Shown here: positions 8,241 to 20,031 of the stretch, one piece after another
Layout of the letters: the number at the start of each line of letters is the position of its first letter
Position numbering within the stretch: the stretch's first letter is position 1
DNA from: Chromatiales bacterium
GTDB lineage: Bacteria; Pseudomonadota; Gammaproteobacteria; SpSt-1174
Assembly: GCA_014762505.1 (NCBI GenBank)
Contig: JABURS010000019.1
Location: 12,919-76,918 of the forward strand
Direction of reading: 5' to 3'
Length of the DNA stretch: 64,000 nucleotides
Made by a program: the position numbers and the translations under genes
Notes under the pieces: model-generated
The model's database searches: none
What the model was told of the DNA's origin: nothing
The model's input: the letters and a program-made list of their open reading frames with translations, nothing else

Positions 8241-10766
8241 ATGACCGACGCAGAAGCCCTCGTAGAGATCCAGGAGATCCTCCAGCACCTGGAGCAGATC
8301 AGTTTCGTGGCGCAGCGCGATGCCCGCGAGGCGCTGCCAGTGCTGGAGCCGCTGGGCGCCCAGCCGACCCTGCGCTGGCTGGAGGCCGCCCGCGACCTGT
8401 TCTTCCACGATCGCGAGGCCGGCAAGGTCTTCATGCGCGCCAGCCCCGCGGTGGTGGAGAAGACCGGCGAGGTGGACTTCTGGGTGGCGCAGGCCCGCGG
8501 CTTCTCGAAGTGGGTGAATTCCTGGGGGGCGCTCGAGGGCTTCATGGCCCAGGTGGGCGACGTGACGGCCGAATGGGGCCGCGAGGCCGAGCAGCGCTGG
8601 TACGACATCGGCCTGCGCTGGTGTGAGCGCCACCTGGAGGACGCCGCGCACTACTTCCGCGCCCCCTTCCGCGAACTCGGCGACGGGCGCGGCATCGAGG
8701 GTATCGAGGACCTGATCGCCCCGGCCGAGAAGCTCTTTGACGAGCGCGGCCTGACGCTGGATGCCTATCTCGAGGGGGCGGTGATCGCGCGCAACATCGT
8801 CGGCGTGGCGGGCATCGAGAGCTGGGCACGGCGCGGCGCCGACATCATGCAGGCCGGCCGTTCGCGCGGCGAGGAATACTTTCGGCTGGAGAGCGAGGAG
8901 AGCCTGCGCCTGCTGCTGGACGGCATGCCGGGCTACCGCCCGCGGCGCCACAGCCGCTTCCTGCAGCTGCTGACCACGGCCTGGTTCGGCCACCTGGTGC
9001 CGCTGGCCGATGGCGACTGGCGTCCGGGCCGGGGGCGCCCGATGATGGACACCGACGGGCATACCCTCTACCTGCCCGCCGTGCTGGAGGGGCGCGAGGA
9101 GGCCATCGTCGCGGTGCTCCACACCATGGGGCACCTGCGCTTCGACACCTATTTCCTCGACCACATCGAGGCGCTGTTTGGCGAGCTGGGCATGGAACAC
9201 CCGCCCGTCGACGCCGATCAGCGCATCACCTGGCGTCCGCTCTACGCCCACTTCGAGGAGCGCATGTTCCGCTTCCAGGTGCTGTTCGACCTCTGCGAGG
9301 ACCTGCGCGTGGACGCGCGCCTGGACACCCTCATCCCCGGTTACCTCAGACGCGTGGTGCACCTGGCCGACGCGCATGAGCAGCCGCAGGGTCCGGCCGG
9401 CGTGTTCTACCGCTACGCGCTGGCCCAGTACGAGGCCCTGGCCCTGGGGCGCGGTCTCGATGCACGCCTGCAGCCGCTGCTGGCGGAGGACGCCAGCGTG
9501 GTGGATGCCTTCCGCGTGTCCCGCGGGCTGTTCGACGAGGCCGAGTTTCCCGAGATCGGTATCGACGCGCGCGACGACGCCTACCTGCCGGGTCACGGGC
9601 ACAACACCGGTCGCCCGGTATACCCGCGCCGGCGCTGGCAGGACGAGGTCTACGTCAACGACTACGACGTGCACGCCGACAACAAGGCCGAGGCCGAGAA
9701 GCAGAAGGAAGAGCAGCCGCAGACCACGCAGGAGATGCGCCAGGTCGACCCCGACCCGGACATCAACGTGCCGCAGGAGAACACCTCCGGCAGCGGCGGG
9801 CGCATCGGCGTGGGCATCCCCATGCCGGCCCAGGTGGTCGGCCGCGGGGCGACCGTACACGAACTCACCGAGGGCTATCCCTATCCCGAGTGGGACTACC
9901 GCGAGCAACGCTACATCCACGAGTGGGCGCGGGTGCAGGAACGCCGGCTGGAGGAGATGGAACCCGAACGCGCGGAGATGATCCGCGCCGATCATGCCGG
10001 GGCGCTCAAGCGCCTGCGCCGCGCCCTGGAGATGCAGCGCCCGAGCCGCATGGCGCCCCTGCGCCGCCAGCTCGAGGGCGACGAACTCGACATGGAGGCG
10101 GCGGTGGGGTTCGTCGCCGAGAAGAAGGCCGGGCTCTCGCCCAAGCCCTTCATCTACCGCCACCGCACCCGCCAGCACCGCGACACGGCCGTGATGCTGC
10201 TGGCCGACATGTCCACCTCCATCATGGCGAGCCATGCCGGCGGGCAGGGCAAGCTCATCGACCACCTGCGCGCGGGCCTGATGATGTTCGCCGAGGCGAT
10301 CAACGACGTCGGCGATCCGAACGCGATCTGCGGCTTCGCCTCGAAGAACCACGACAACGTGAACTACTACGTGCTCAAGGACTTCGACGAGACCATGAAC
10401 CCCGACGTGCGCGCGCGCATCGCCGCCGTCTCCGGCCGCCTGGCCAGCCGCATGGGTGCGGCCATCCGTCACTCCATCGAGCGCTTCAACGGCGTGTCCG
10501 CCCATCATCGTCTGCTGCTGCTGCTCACCGACGGGCGTCCGGCCGACTACGACGACGGCGGCGACACACGCTACCTGCACGAGGACACGCGCATGGCGAT
10601 GAAGGAGGCCGTGGATCGCGGCATCCACCCCTTCTGCGTGACGCTCGACCCCTCCGGCAGCGAGTACCTCCCGGCGATCTTCGGCCCCGGGCACTACACC
10701 GTCATCGACCACGCGGCGGACCTGCCGGCCCGACTGCCCGAGATCTACCTGCGCCTGCGCCGCTGA
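8241..10766 (+). CDS. cbbO: CbbO/NorD-like von Willebrand factor A domain protein (841 aa)
   Basis: C-terminal VWA/MIDAS region (LLLLTDGRPADYDDGGD, D..STS) as in CbbO/NorD. Large N-terminal region typical of CbbO (longer than the NorD at 30792). Confidence 0.8.
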   Translation: MTDAEALVEIQEILQHLEQISFVAQRDAREALPVLEPLGAQPTLRWLEAARDLFFHDREAGKVFMRASPAVVEKTGEVDFWVAQARGFSKWVNSWGALEGFMAQVGDVTAEWGREAEQRWYDIGLRWCERHLEDAAHYFRAPFRELGDGRGIEGIEDLIAPAEKLFDERGLTLDAYLEGAVIARNIVGVAGIESWARRGADIMQAGRSRGEEYFRLESEESLRLLLDGMPGYRPRRHSRFLQLLTTAWFGHLVPLADGDWRPGRGRPMMDTDGHTLYLPAVLEGREEAIVAVLHTMGHLRFDTYFLDHIEALFGELGMEHPPVDADQRITWRPLYAHFEERMFRFQVLFDLCEDLRVDARLDTLIPGYLRRVVHLADAHEQPQGPAGVFYRYALAQYEALALGRGLDARLQPLLAEDASVVDAFRVSRGLFDEAEFPEIGIDARDDAYLPGHGHNTGRPVYPRRRWQDEVYVNDYDVHADNKAEAEKQKEEQPQTTQEMRQVDPDPDINVPQENTSGSGGRIGVGIPMPAQVVGRGATVHELTEGYPYPEWDYREQRYIHEWARVQERRLEEMEPERAEMIRADHAGALKRLRRALEMQRPSRMAPLRRQLEGDELDMEAAVGFVAEKKAGLSPKPFIYRHRTRQHRDTAVMLLADMSTSIMASHAGGQGKLIDHLRAGLMMFAEAINDVGDPNAICGFASKNHDNVNYYVLKDFDETMNPDVRARIAAVSGRLASRMGAAIRHSIERFNGVSAHHRLLLLLTDGRPADYDDGGDTRYLHEDTRMAMKEAVDRGIHPFCVTLDPSGSEYLPAIFGPGHYTVIDHAADLPARLPEIYLRLRR

Positions 10767-10778
10767 GCGCCCCTGTCC

Positions 10779-11996
10779 ATGAGCCAGACTGCCGACGATC
10801 TCAACGCGAACCCCGTGGCCGTCCCGCCGACCCGCAAGGCGGTACTCACCGCCGCCGCGCGCTATCGCCGGCACTCCTACGGTGACAACCACCCGCTCGG
10901 TATCCCGCGCGTGTCGCTCACCCTGGACCTGATCCGCGCCTACGGCGCCCTGGACGAGGCCACCGAATACCTGCCCTCGCGCAAGGCCCTGCCGCGCGAG
11001 CTCCAGTGGTTCCACACCCGCGAGTACGTCTCGGCCATGCAGCGCTGCGAGGCCGTGGGCAAGGTGTTCGACAAGTACCGCCAGCGCCACAACATCGGCA
11101 ATTACGAGAACCCGTATTTCCCGGATTTCTTCGCCACGCCCGCCACCGCCACCGGCGGCAGCATCCAGGGCGCCGAGGAGGTGCTGAAGGGCCGCGTCGC
11201 CTTCAGTCCGGCCGGCGGCATGCACCACGCCCTGCCGGATTCCGCCCAGGGCTTCTGCTTCTTCAACGACCCTGCGCTGGCCATCCTGCGCCTGCGCCAG
11301 GAAGGGCTGCGCGTGCTGTACGTCGATATCGACGCGCATCACGGCGACGGCGTGGAATACGCCTTTCGCGACGACCCCGGCGTCTGCACCTTCTCCCTGC
11401 ACATGGACACCGAGTACGCCTATCCCTTCAAGGGCGGGCAGGTGACGGATACGGGGCCGCAGGGCAATGCCGTGAACGTGCCGCTGCCCCGCGAGATGAA
11501 CGACAGCGAATACCGTCACGTCTTTACCCGGGTCTGGCCCGCGGTGCTGGCGGCCTTCGAACCGGAGGTCGTGGTGCTGCAGACCGGTACCGACATCCTG
11601 CGGCCGGACCCGCTCGGCAAGTTCCGCATCTCCACGCAGCTGTTCCTGGAGCTGGTGCAGCGCATCCTCGACGACAGCCCGACGCATGCCGACGGCACGC
11701 CGCGCCTGCTGGCGGTGGGCGGCGGCGGCTATCACCCGCTGGTGCTGGCGCGCTGCTGGGTCGGCGTGTGGGCCATCCTCTCCGGGCGTGAGCTCCCCGC
11801 CGAGCTGCCGGATGCGGGACAGGCCCTGCTGCGCGCGGTGGACTGGGACCAGGACGAGGACGAGGAGTATTTCGAAGGCCTGTTTGCCAGCCGGCTCGAC
11901 CCCGCCTACGAGGGCGAGCTGCGCGCCGAGGTGCGTGCGCTGGCCGACCGGGTGCTGGACACGCACCCGCTGTTCGCCGGGGCCGCCGTGCGCTGA
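10779..11996 (+). CDS. Histone deacetylase-superfamily Zn-dependent deacetylase (AcuC/AphA-like)
   Basis: Canonical HDAC motifs: GGMHHA, FCFFND, DIDAHHGDG, GGGGYH. Confidence 0.85.
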   Translation: MSQTADDLNANPVAVPPTRKAVLTAAARYRRHSYGDNHPLGIPRVSLTLDLIRAYGALDEATEYLPSRKALPRELQWFHTREYVSAMQRCEAVGKVFDKYRQRHNIGNYENPYFPDFFATPATATGGSIQGAEEVLKGRVAFSPAGGMHHALPDSAQGFCFFNDPALAILRLRQEGLRVLYVDIDAHHGDGVEYAFRDDPGVCTFSLHMDTEYAYPFKGGQVTDTGPQGNAVNVPLPREMNDSEYRHVFTRVWPAVLAAFEPEVVVLQTGTDILRPDPLGKFRISTQLFLELVQRILDDSPTHADGTPRLLAVGGGGYHPLVLARCWVGVWAILSGRELPAELPDAGQALLRAVDWDQDEDEEYFEGLFASRLDPAYEGELRAEVRALADRVLDTHPLFAGAAVR

Positions 11997-12055
11997 AGCC
12001 CGGCCCCGATTCTGATAACCTTCTGCGGTTTACGACCGCAGTCCAACCGATACCC

Positions 12056-13231
12056 GTGACGATGCAGCCAAAACCGACCCTGATCACCGGACATGCCAAC
12101 GCCAAGGCCACCCGCGCCTACGCCGAGCAGCACCAGCGCGAGGGGCACGCGGCCGAGGGCCATTACAGCGAGTTCCTGCGCGCACGCATGCAGCTCTCGA
12201 GCCTGGGCGTGGGCACCTTCCCGGGCGCGGCCACGCCCGAGGTGGATGCGAAGATCGCGGCCATCGTCACCCGTGCCCTGCTGTCCGGCGTCAACGTCAT
12301 CGACACCGGTGCGCATTACCGCTACGGCCGTTCGCTGGCCGCGGTGGGGGCGGGCGTGCGTGCCGCGGTCGAGGCCGGCGTGCCGCGCGAGGCCATGTTC
12401 CTGATCTCCAAGGGGGGCTTCCTCACCCTGCGCGGCGGGCCGCCGCCCGACATGCAGGCCTGGTTCGAGCAGGAGATCGTGGCGCAGGGCTACGGCAGCA
12501 TGGAGGACCTGGCCAAGGGCTGCCATCTGCTCACGCCGGCCTACATCAATTACCAGATCGAGCTCTCGCGCAACCTGATGGGTGTGGAGACGCTGGACGC
12601 CTTCCTCGTCGACCAGCCCGAGGTGCACATCCCGGAGATCGGCAAGGAGGCGCTCAACCGCAAGCTGCTGCCGGTGTTCGAGGTGCTGGAGCGGGCCGTT
12701 GCCGAGGGCCGCATCCGCTACTACGGCATCGCCACCTTCGACAGCCTGCGGGTGGAGACCGACGACAAGCTGTTCCAGTCCATCACCTCCATGCAGGGCC
12801 TGGCCGAGAAGGCGGCGCAGGCCGCGACCGGCCAGGACATGGCGCGCCACCACTTCAAGCTCATGACCATGCCCTTCAACCAGGTGATGCTGGAGGGCTT
12901 CACGCGCTTCAACACCGCCACCGGGCAGGGCAACGTCGGCTCGCCGGTGCAGGCCGCGCATCAGCTCGACGTGTACATGATGGCCAGCCACAGCATGTTC
13001 AAGGGCCATCTGGCGCAGCAGTCCATGGACGTGGTGGAGCGTGCCATCGGCAACGTCGCCAATCCCGCGCAGCGCGCCCTGCAGTTCAACCGGTCCACGC
13101 CCGGCATCGGCACCTCGCTGGTGGGCATGAGCACGCCCGAGCACCTGGACGACGTGCTGGCCGTGGCCAAGCTCCCGCCGCTGCCGCGCAAGGACTACCT
13201 CGCCATGTACCAGAAGGCCGAGGGCGTGTAA
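12056..13231 (+). CDS. Aldo/keto reductase family oxidoreductase
   Basis: AKR fold hallmarks (IDTGAHY; catalytic D/Y/K region; C-terminal LVGMSTPEHLDD). Confidence 0.75.
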   Translation: MTMQPKPTLITGHANAKATRAYAEQHQREGHAAEGHYSEFLRARMQLSSLGVGTFPGAATPEVDAKIAAIVTRALLSGVNVIDTGAHYRYGRSLAAVGAGVRAAVEAGVPREAMFLISKGGFLTLRGGPPPDMQAWFEQEIVAQGYGSMEDLAKGCHLLTPAYINYQIELSRNLMGVETLDAFLVDQPEVHIPEIGKEALNRKLLPVFEVLERAVAEGRIRYYGIATFDSLRVETDDKLFQSITSMQGLAEKAAQAATGQDMARHHFKLMTMPFNQVMLEGFTRFNTATGQGNVGSPVQAAHQLDVYMMASHSMFKGHLAQQSMDVVERAIGNVANPAQRALQFNRSTPGIGTSLVGMSTPEHLDDVLAVAKLPPLPRKDYLAMYQKAEGV

Positions 13232-13256
13232 CCGCCCCGCCCGGAGACGAGACCCG

Positions 13257-14834
13257 ATGCAAGCCGACCTCAAGGCCCTGGAGTTCGACGCCATCCGCCG
13301 GCTCCTGGAAAAGCTCACCGCCACCCCCTACGGGGCCGACGCGGCCCGCGCCCTGGAGCCCGCGCCGAGTCTGGACATCGCCCGCAACATGCAGCAGGCG
13401 GTGACGGTGGCCCGCCAGCTCGTCGACGCCGGCCAGGCCCCGTCCATCGGCCAGCTGCCGGACGTGCGCGCCGCCCTGCGCCAGGCCGCCTCCCCGGGCG
13501 CGGCCCTGAGCAGCCAGGCGCTGTACAACCTGCAGGTGGTGATGAACGCCGGCAGCCGGCTGGCCGATGCCCTGGCCGGCCGGCCCGGACTCTATCCCGG
13601 CGATCTGGCTGAACTGCGTCCGCCGCAGCCGATCGTCGACATCCTCGCCCGTACCCTGGTGGGCGCGGGTACCCTGCGTGACGATGCCAGCGAGGCCCTG
13701 GTGGGCTATTTCGGCGAGCGCCGGGCGCTGCGCGAGCAGGTGGAGGACGTGGTGCGCAAGCGCATGGCGAAGGCCGACATCAAGGACCAGTTCGAGGATG
13801 CGAACCGGGTCGACTGGTACAATGAGCGCGCCGTGATCACCCTGCGCGGTACCGAGGCCGACAAGGTCAAGGGGGTGCGCCGTGGCTCGGCCATGGGCGG
13901 GCGCGACGTCATCATCGAGCCGATGGAGGCCGTGCCGCACAACAACCAGCTGGAGACGGTGAACGGCAAGATCACCGGCGAACAGCAGCGCCTGCTGCGC
14001 GAGATCACGGGCGTGATCCGCGAGCACGTCGAGTCCCTCCAGCAGCTGCTCGCGGCCATCACCTGGGTGGACCTCGCGCTGGCCGCCGGCGAGCTGAGCC
14101 GCGCCATGCACGGCCACGCCCCCACGCTGAGCGAGTCGGCCGGCGTGGAGCTCAACCAGGCCTATCACCCGCTCCTGCTGCTGCAGTTCGCCGGCGGCCG
14201 CGGCCCGCAGCCCGTGCCGCTGTCGATCCGTCTGGGCGGCGAGGACACCATCCTGCTGATCACCGGGCCCAACACCGGTGGCAAGACCGTGGCGCTCAAG
14301 ACCCTGGGGCTGCTCACGGTGATGGCCTACTGCGGCCTGCACATCCCGGCCGAACAGGATTGCGTGATCGGCAACTACCGCAAGGTGATCGTCGATGTCG
14401 GCGACCACCAGAGCCTGTTCCACCACCTGTCCACCTTCGCCGGCCACGTGGAGGTGCTCAAGCGCATCCTCGACGAGGCCGACGGCGACACCCTGGTGCT
14501 GCTCGACGAGCTGGGCACCGGCACCGACCCGGAGGAGGGCGCGGCACTGGCCATGGCGGTGTTGGACGAGCTGCTGGAGCGCCGCGTGCAGGGCATCGTC
14601 AACACCCACCTCTCGCCGCTCAAGGACTACGCCGACCGTCACGCCAACATCGTCAACGCCTCCATGCAGTTCGACCACGAGCGCCTGGTGCCCACCTACC
14701 AGCTGCAGATCGGCGTACCCGGCGTCTCGCTGGGGCTCACCATCGCCGAGAAGAACGGTCTGCCCCGCGACCTGATCGGCCGGGCCCGCGAGCACCTGGC
14801 CGAGATCTCCGAACTGAGCGCCCGCCACGGCTGA
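13257..14834 (+). CDS. MutS2-family ATPase (MutS domain V) lacking a C-terminal Smr domain
   Basis: Walker A GPNTGGKT, Walker B LVLLDELGTGTDP, and STFAGH (MutS signature). Only 525 aa. Confidence 0.75.
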   Translation: MQADLKALEFDAIRRLLEKLTATPYGADAARALEPAPSLDIARNMQQAVTVARQLVDAGQAPSIGQLPDVRAALRQAASPGAALSSQALYNLQVVMNAGSRLADALAGRPGLYPGDLAELRPPQPIVDILARTLVGAGTLRDDASEALVGYFGERRALREQVEDVVRKRMAKADIKDQFEDANRVDWYNERAVITLRGTEADKVKGVRRGSAMGGRDVIIEPMEAVPHNNQLETVNGKITGEQQRLLREITGVIREHVESLQQLLAAITWVDLALAAGELSRAMHGHAPTLSESAGVELNQAYHPLLLLQFAGGRGPQPVPLSIRLGGEDTILLITGPNTGGKTVALKTLGLLTVMAYCGLHIPAEQDCVIGNYRKVIVDVGDHQSLFHHLSTFAGHVEVLKRILDEADGDTLVLLDELGTGTDPEEGAALAMAVLDELLERRVQGIVNTHLSPLKDYADRHANIVNASMQFDHERLVPTYQLQIGVPGVSLGLTIAEKNGLPRDLIGRAREHLAEISELSARHG

Positions 14835-15046
14835 TGCCGTCGGCGGCCCGCCCGCGGGGCCGGATCTCCCCCGGCCACGCGCAATATTAATAGTTCGTGA
14901 AATCTTGAATCGAAGCGGTTAAGATTAAAGTCTTTCGCTTTCCGTACCCTCGGCGGCAATCGTGTTGATTTTATGGGGTTTTTTCTCCCGGCCGGTTATG
15001 GGACGGTAGGCGTGTTTCTGAGAAACTTCCGTATGGGGACTTGCAA

Positions 15047-16741
15047 GTGGAACTGACCGGTGCCGAAATCTTCGTCCGTTGCCTCAAGGAAGAGGGCGTA
15101 GATGTCATTTTCGGGTATCCCGGTGGTGCGGTCCTGCACATCTACGACGCGCTGTACAAGCAGAAGGACGTGACCCACGTCCTCGTGCGTCACGAGCAGG
15201 GCGCGGTGCACGCCGCCGAGGGCTACGCGAAATCCTCCGACCGTCCGGGCGTGGCGCTGGTCACCTCGGGCCCGGGTGCCACCAATGCCATCACCGGCAT
15301 TGCCGACGCCTACATGGATTCGGTACCGCTGGTCGTCTTCTCCGGCCAGGTCAATACCGCGCTCATCGGCAACGACGCCTTCCAGGAAGTGGACACGGTG
15401 GGCATCACGCGCCCGATCGTGAAGCACAACTTCCTGGTCAAGGACGTGAAGGACCTGGCCGAGACCATCAAGAAGGCCTTCTACGTGGCGACCACCGGCC
15501 GTCCCGGTCCGGTGGTGGTGGACATCCCCAAGGACGTGACCGCCAACAAGGCCGAGTTCAAGTACCCGCGCACGGTGAAGATGCGCTCGTACAACCCGAC
15601 CGTGAAGGGGCATCTGGGCCAGATCAAGAAGGCGGTGGATCTCATCCTCGCGGCCGAGAAGCCCATGATCTACAGCGGCGGCGGTGTGATCCTGAGCCAT
15701 GCCTCCAAGGCGCTGACCGACTTCACGAAGTACCTCGGTTATCCCATCACCAACACGCTGATGGGCCTGGGCGCCTATCCGGCCACCGACCGGCAGTTCG
15801 TCGGCATGCTGGGCATGCACGGCACCTACGAGGCCAACATGGGCATGCACCATGCCGACCTCATCATCGCCGTCGGGGCACGTTTCGACGACCGCGTGAC
15901 CGGCAACATCGAGAAGTTCTGCCCGCATGCGAAGATCGTGCACCTGGACATCGACCCGGCCTCCATCTCCAAGAACGTGAAGGTGGATGTGCCGATCGTG
16001 GGCGACGTGGACCATGTGCTCAAGGAGCTGATCAAGGAACTCAAGGCGCGCAAGGAAAAGCCCGATGCCAAGGCGCTGGACGCCTGGTGGAAGCAGATCG
16101 AGGAATGGCGCGCCATGGACTGCCTCAAGTACGACCGCGAGAGCGAGCTGATCAAGCCGCAGTACGTGATCCAGAAACTCTGGGAAGTGACCAAGGGCGA
16201 TGCCTTCGTGACCTCGGACGTGGGTCAGCACCAGATGTTCACGGCGCAGTTCTACAAGTTCGACAAGCCCAACCGCTGGATCAATTCCGGGGGACTCGGC
16301 ACCATGGGCTTCGGCCTGCCGGCCGCCATGGGCGTGCAGATGGCCAACCCCAAGGAGCTGGTCTGCACCGTCACGGGCGAGGCCAGCATCCAGATGTGCA
16401 TCCAGGAGCTGTCCACCTGCCTGCAGTACCAGCTGCCCATCAAGGTCGTGAACCTCAACAACCGCTACATGGGCATGGTGCGTCAGTGGCAGGAGTTCTT
16501 CTACCAGGGCCGCTACGCCATGTCCTACATGGATGCCCTGCCGGACTTCGTGAAGCTGGCCGAGGCCTACGGACACGTCGGCATGCGCATCGAGAAGCCG
16601 GCCGATGTCGAGGGCGCGCTCAAGGAGGCGATGAAGCTAAAGGACCGCCTGGTCTTCATGGACTTCATCACCGACCAGGGTGAGAACGTCTATCCCATGA
16701 TTCCCGCCGGTGCGGGGCAGAACGAAATGATCCTGGTGTAA
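15047..16741 (+). CDS. ilvI: Acetolactate synthase large subunit
   Basis: [17 protein letters not shown] start as in E. coli IlvI. TPP-binding GDG..N region. GTG 15047 with GGGGA SD (track starts at TTG 15041). Confidence 0.9.
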   Translation: MELTGAEIFVRCLKEEGVDVIFGYPGGAVLHIYDALYKQKDVTHVLVRHEQGAVHAAEGYAKSSDRPGVALVTSGPGATNAITGIADAYMDSVPLVVFSGQVNTALIGNDAFQEVDTVGITRPIVKHNFLVKDVKDLAETIKKAFYVATTGRPGPVVVDIPKDVTANKAEFKYPRTVKMRSYNPTVKGHLGQIKKAVDLILAAEKPMIYSGGGVILSHASKALTDFTKYLGYPITNTLMGLGAYPATDRQFVGMLGMHGTYEANMGMHHADLIIAVGARFDDRVTGNIEKFCPHAKIVHLDIDPASISKNVKVDVPIVGDVDHVLKELIKELKARKEKPDAKALDAWWKQIEEWRAMDCLKYDRESELIKPQYVIQKLWEVTKGDAFVTSDVGQHQMFTAQFYKFDKPNRWINSGGLGTMGFGLPAAMGVQMANPKELVCTVTGEASIQMCIQELSTCLQYQLPIKVVNLNNRYMGMVRQWQEFFYQGRYAMSYMDALPDFVKLAEAYGHVGMRIEKPADVEGALKEAMKLKDRLVFMDFITDQGENVYPMIPAGAGQNEMILV

Positions 16742-16744
16742 GTC

Positions 16745-18330
<1,586 letters not shown>

Positions 18331-18338
18331 GCAACAGG

Positions 18339-18374
18339 GGCCGGCGGGGCAAAAGTACCGCCGGCCTTTTTCGT
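18339..18374 (+). terminator. Rho-independent terminator after ilvC
   Basis: GGCCGGCGG-N10-CCGCCGGCC followed by TTTTTC. Confidence 0.6.
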
Positions 18375-18386
18375 TGTGGAGGACTG

Positions 18387-19010
18387 ATGTTCCCGATCGC
18401 GCGCGAGGCCCGTCTGTTCGTACTGGTGCTGCTGGCCGTGGCCGTGCTGGCCTCGATCTATCTGCCGCTGGTCGTGGCGGCGGTGTTCTGGTTGATGCTC
18501 CTGCTGCTGGCCTTTCTGCTGCGCGACCTGCGGAGGCTGGTGCCGTCGCGACCGCTGGCCGTGGTCAGTCCGGTGGATGGCGTGGTGACCTCGGTGTCCG
18601 AGGCACGTGACCCCTATCTCAAGCGCGAGGCCCTGGTCATCCGCATCCGCCAGCACTGGTTCGGCGAGTTCAACGTACATAGCCCGGTGGAAGGCAAGAT
18701 CACGGAGCGCTGGTGGCCGGAACGCACGCGCGAGGACGAGGACGAGCTCCCCCCCGGGCACTTCGCCATCTGGATGCAGACCGACGAGGGCGATGATGCC
18801 GTGGTGGCCATTGATCTGCAGGGACGGTTCCGGCTCATGCACTGCAGCGCACAGGCGGGCGAACGCACGGGGCAGGGGCGGCGCTGCGGCCTGATGGGCT
18901 TCGGCCGGCCGGTCACCGTCTATCTGCCGGCCACTGCCCGCGTGGCCGTGGCGCCGGGGCAGCGCCTGCTGGCGGGGAGCGACGTGATTGCTTCCTTCGT
19001 GCATGGCTAA
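18387..19010 (+). CDS. Phosphatidylserine decarboxylase-related protein (short Psd family)
   Basis: N-terminal TM helices plus a Psd-like C-terminal region (..LMGFGRPV..) and adjacency to pssA. Family call is moderate. Confidence 0.6.
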   Translation: MFPIAREARLFVLVLLAVAVLASIYLPLVVAAVFWLMLLLLAFLLRDLRRLVPSRPLAVVSPVDGVVTSVSEARDPYLKREALVIRIRQHWFGEFNVHSPVEGKITERWWPERTREDEDELPPGHFAIWMQTDEGDDAVVAIDLQGRFRLMHCSAQAGERTGQGRRCGLMGFGRPVTVYLPATARVAVAPGQRLLAGSDVIASFVHG

Positions 19011-19042
19011 CATAATCGGTCCGACATACACGTCTATGCAGG

Positions 19043-19840
19043 ATGCGCATGAGCACTGAAGACCAGAAGTCGCATCGCGCGATCTATCTCCTCCCCAACC
19101 TGTTCACCACGGCGGCGCTGTTTGCCGGTTTCTACGCCATCGCCGCCGCCATGGCCGGTCGCTTCGAGGCGGCGGCCGTGGCCATCTTCATCGCCATGGT
19201 GCTGGACGGCGTGGACGGGCGCGTGGCGCGCATGACCAATACCCAGAGCGCCTTCGGTGCCGAGTACGACAGCCTCGCCGACATGGTCTCCTTCGGCCTG
19301 GCCCCGGCCCTGGTGATGTATCAGTGGGCACTGGTCTACCTCGATCCCCTGGGTTTTGGCTGGGCCAAGACCGGCTGGCTGGCCGCCTTCCTCTATACGG
19401 CCTGCGCGGCCCTGCGGCTGGCCCGGTTCAATACCAAGGTGGGCGTCGCCGACAAGCGCTTCTTCCAGGGGCTGCCGAGCCCGACGGCGGCGGCCGTGCT
19501 CATGGGCATGGTCTGGGTGCTGAACGACCTCGAGGTGGAAGGGGAGGCCCTGCGCTACGTGGCCCTGGCGGTCACCGTGATCGTGGGCCTGCTGATGGTG
19601 AGCAACATCAGCTACTACAGCTTCAAGGACATCGATTTCCGCAACAAGGTGCCGTTCATCGCCATGCTGCTGGTGGTGGTGGTCTTCGTGGTCGCCTCGC
19701 TGGACCCGCCCAAGATCCTGCTCGCGGCCTTCGGCATCTACACCCTCTCGGGGCCGGTACTGGCCGTGATCCGCTGGCGGCGCAAGCGTGAACGGGCGCA
19801 GGAGTCCTCCGAGGAGCCCGATGCCGGGGACGGCGGCTAG
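19043..19840 (+). CDS. pssA: CDP-diacylglycerol--serine O-phosphatidyltransferase (CDP-alcohol phosphatidyltransferase family)
   Basis: DGxDGxxAR...G...D...D motif (DGVDGRVARMTN..GAEYDSLAD). Multi-pass membrane protein. Confidence 0.8.
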   Translation: MRMSTEDQKSHRAIYLLPNLFTTAALFAGFYAIAAAMAGRFEAAAVAIFIAMVLDGVDGRVARMTNTQSAFGAEYDSLADMVSFGLAPALVMYQWALVYLDPLGFGWAKTGWLAAFLYTACAALRLARFNTKVGVADKRFFQGLPSPTAAAVLMGMVWVLNDLEVEGEALRYVALAVTVIVGLLMVSNISYYSFKDIDFRNKVPFIAMLLVVVVFVVASLDPPKILLAAFGIYTLSGPVLAVIRWRRKRERAQESSEEPDAGDGG

Positions 19841-19935
19841 AAAATCCCGCCCCGATACTTGGCAAGGCCGGTTTCGGCCGTTATAGTGGATCCAACTGCA
19901 ACTGATTATCGATTGACCAATCAATGCCCCATCCG

Positions 19936-20031
19936 ATGTCACAGACTGCGTTCCCGCACACCGCCTCCGCCGGTGTCGCGCGTCTGTGCCTGTCCGATCT
20001 GTCCCTGCTTGTGCTGCGACTGCCGCTGTAG
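19936..20031 (+). CDS. Candidate leuA leader peptide (31 aa, Leu-rich C-terminal half: ..ARLCLSDLSLLVLRLPL*)
   Basis: ATG 19936 .. TAG 20029-20031 read directly, 8 Leu in the last 15 codons. Followed by palindrome GTCCTGCTGGCCAGGAC (20087-20103), about 65 nt upstream of leuA. No clean U-tract. Confidence 0.3.
   Translation: MSQTAFPHTASAGVARLCLSDLSLLVLRLPL

Noticed and set aside
6823-10766. Expectation of RuBisCO genes (cbbLS/cbbM) next to the cbbQ/cbbO-like pair
   Set aside because: No RuBisCO-like ORF exists within 7 kb either side. Upstream is a divergent small gene and the lipoate module. Hence the pair is treated as orphan rather than a RuBisCO activase locus.
7251-11966. 1571-aa minus-strand ORF spanning the whole cbbQ-cbbO-HDAC region
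   Set aside because: Antisense shadow ORF typical of high-GC DNA. Its translation is Arg/Ala/Gly/Pro-rich low-complexity sequence, while the plus-strand ORFs carry clear Walker, VWA and HDAC motifs.
14835-15040. Possible ilv leader peptide / attenuator upstream of ilvI
   Set aside because: Small ORFs in the 206-nt gap are not enriched in Ile/Val/Leu codons (for example [19 protein letters not shown]). No clear terminator hairpin with a U-tract.
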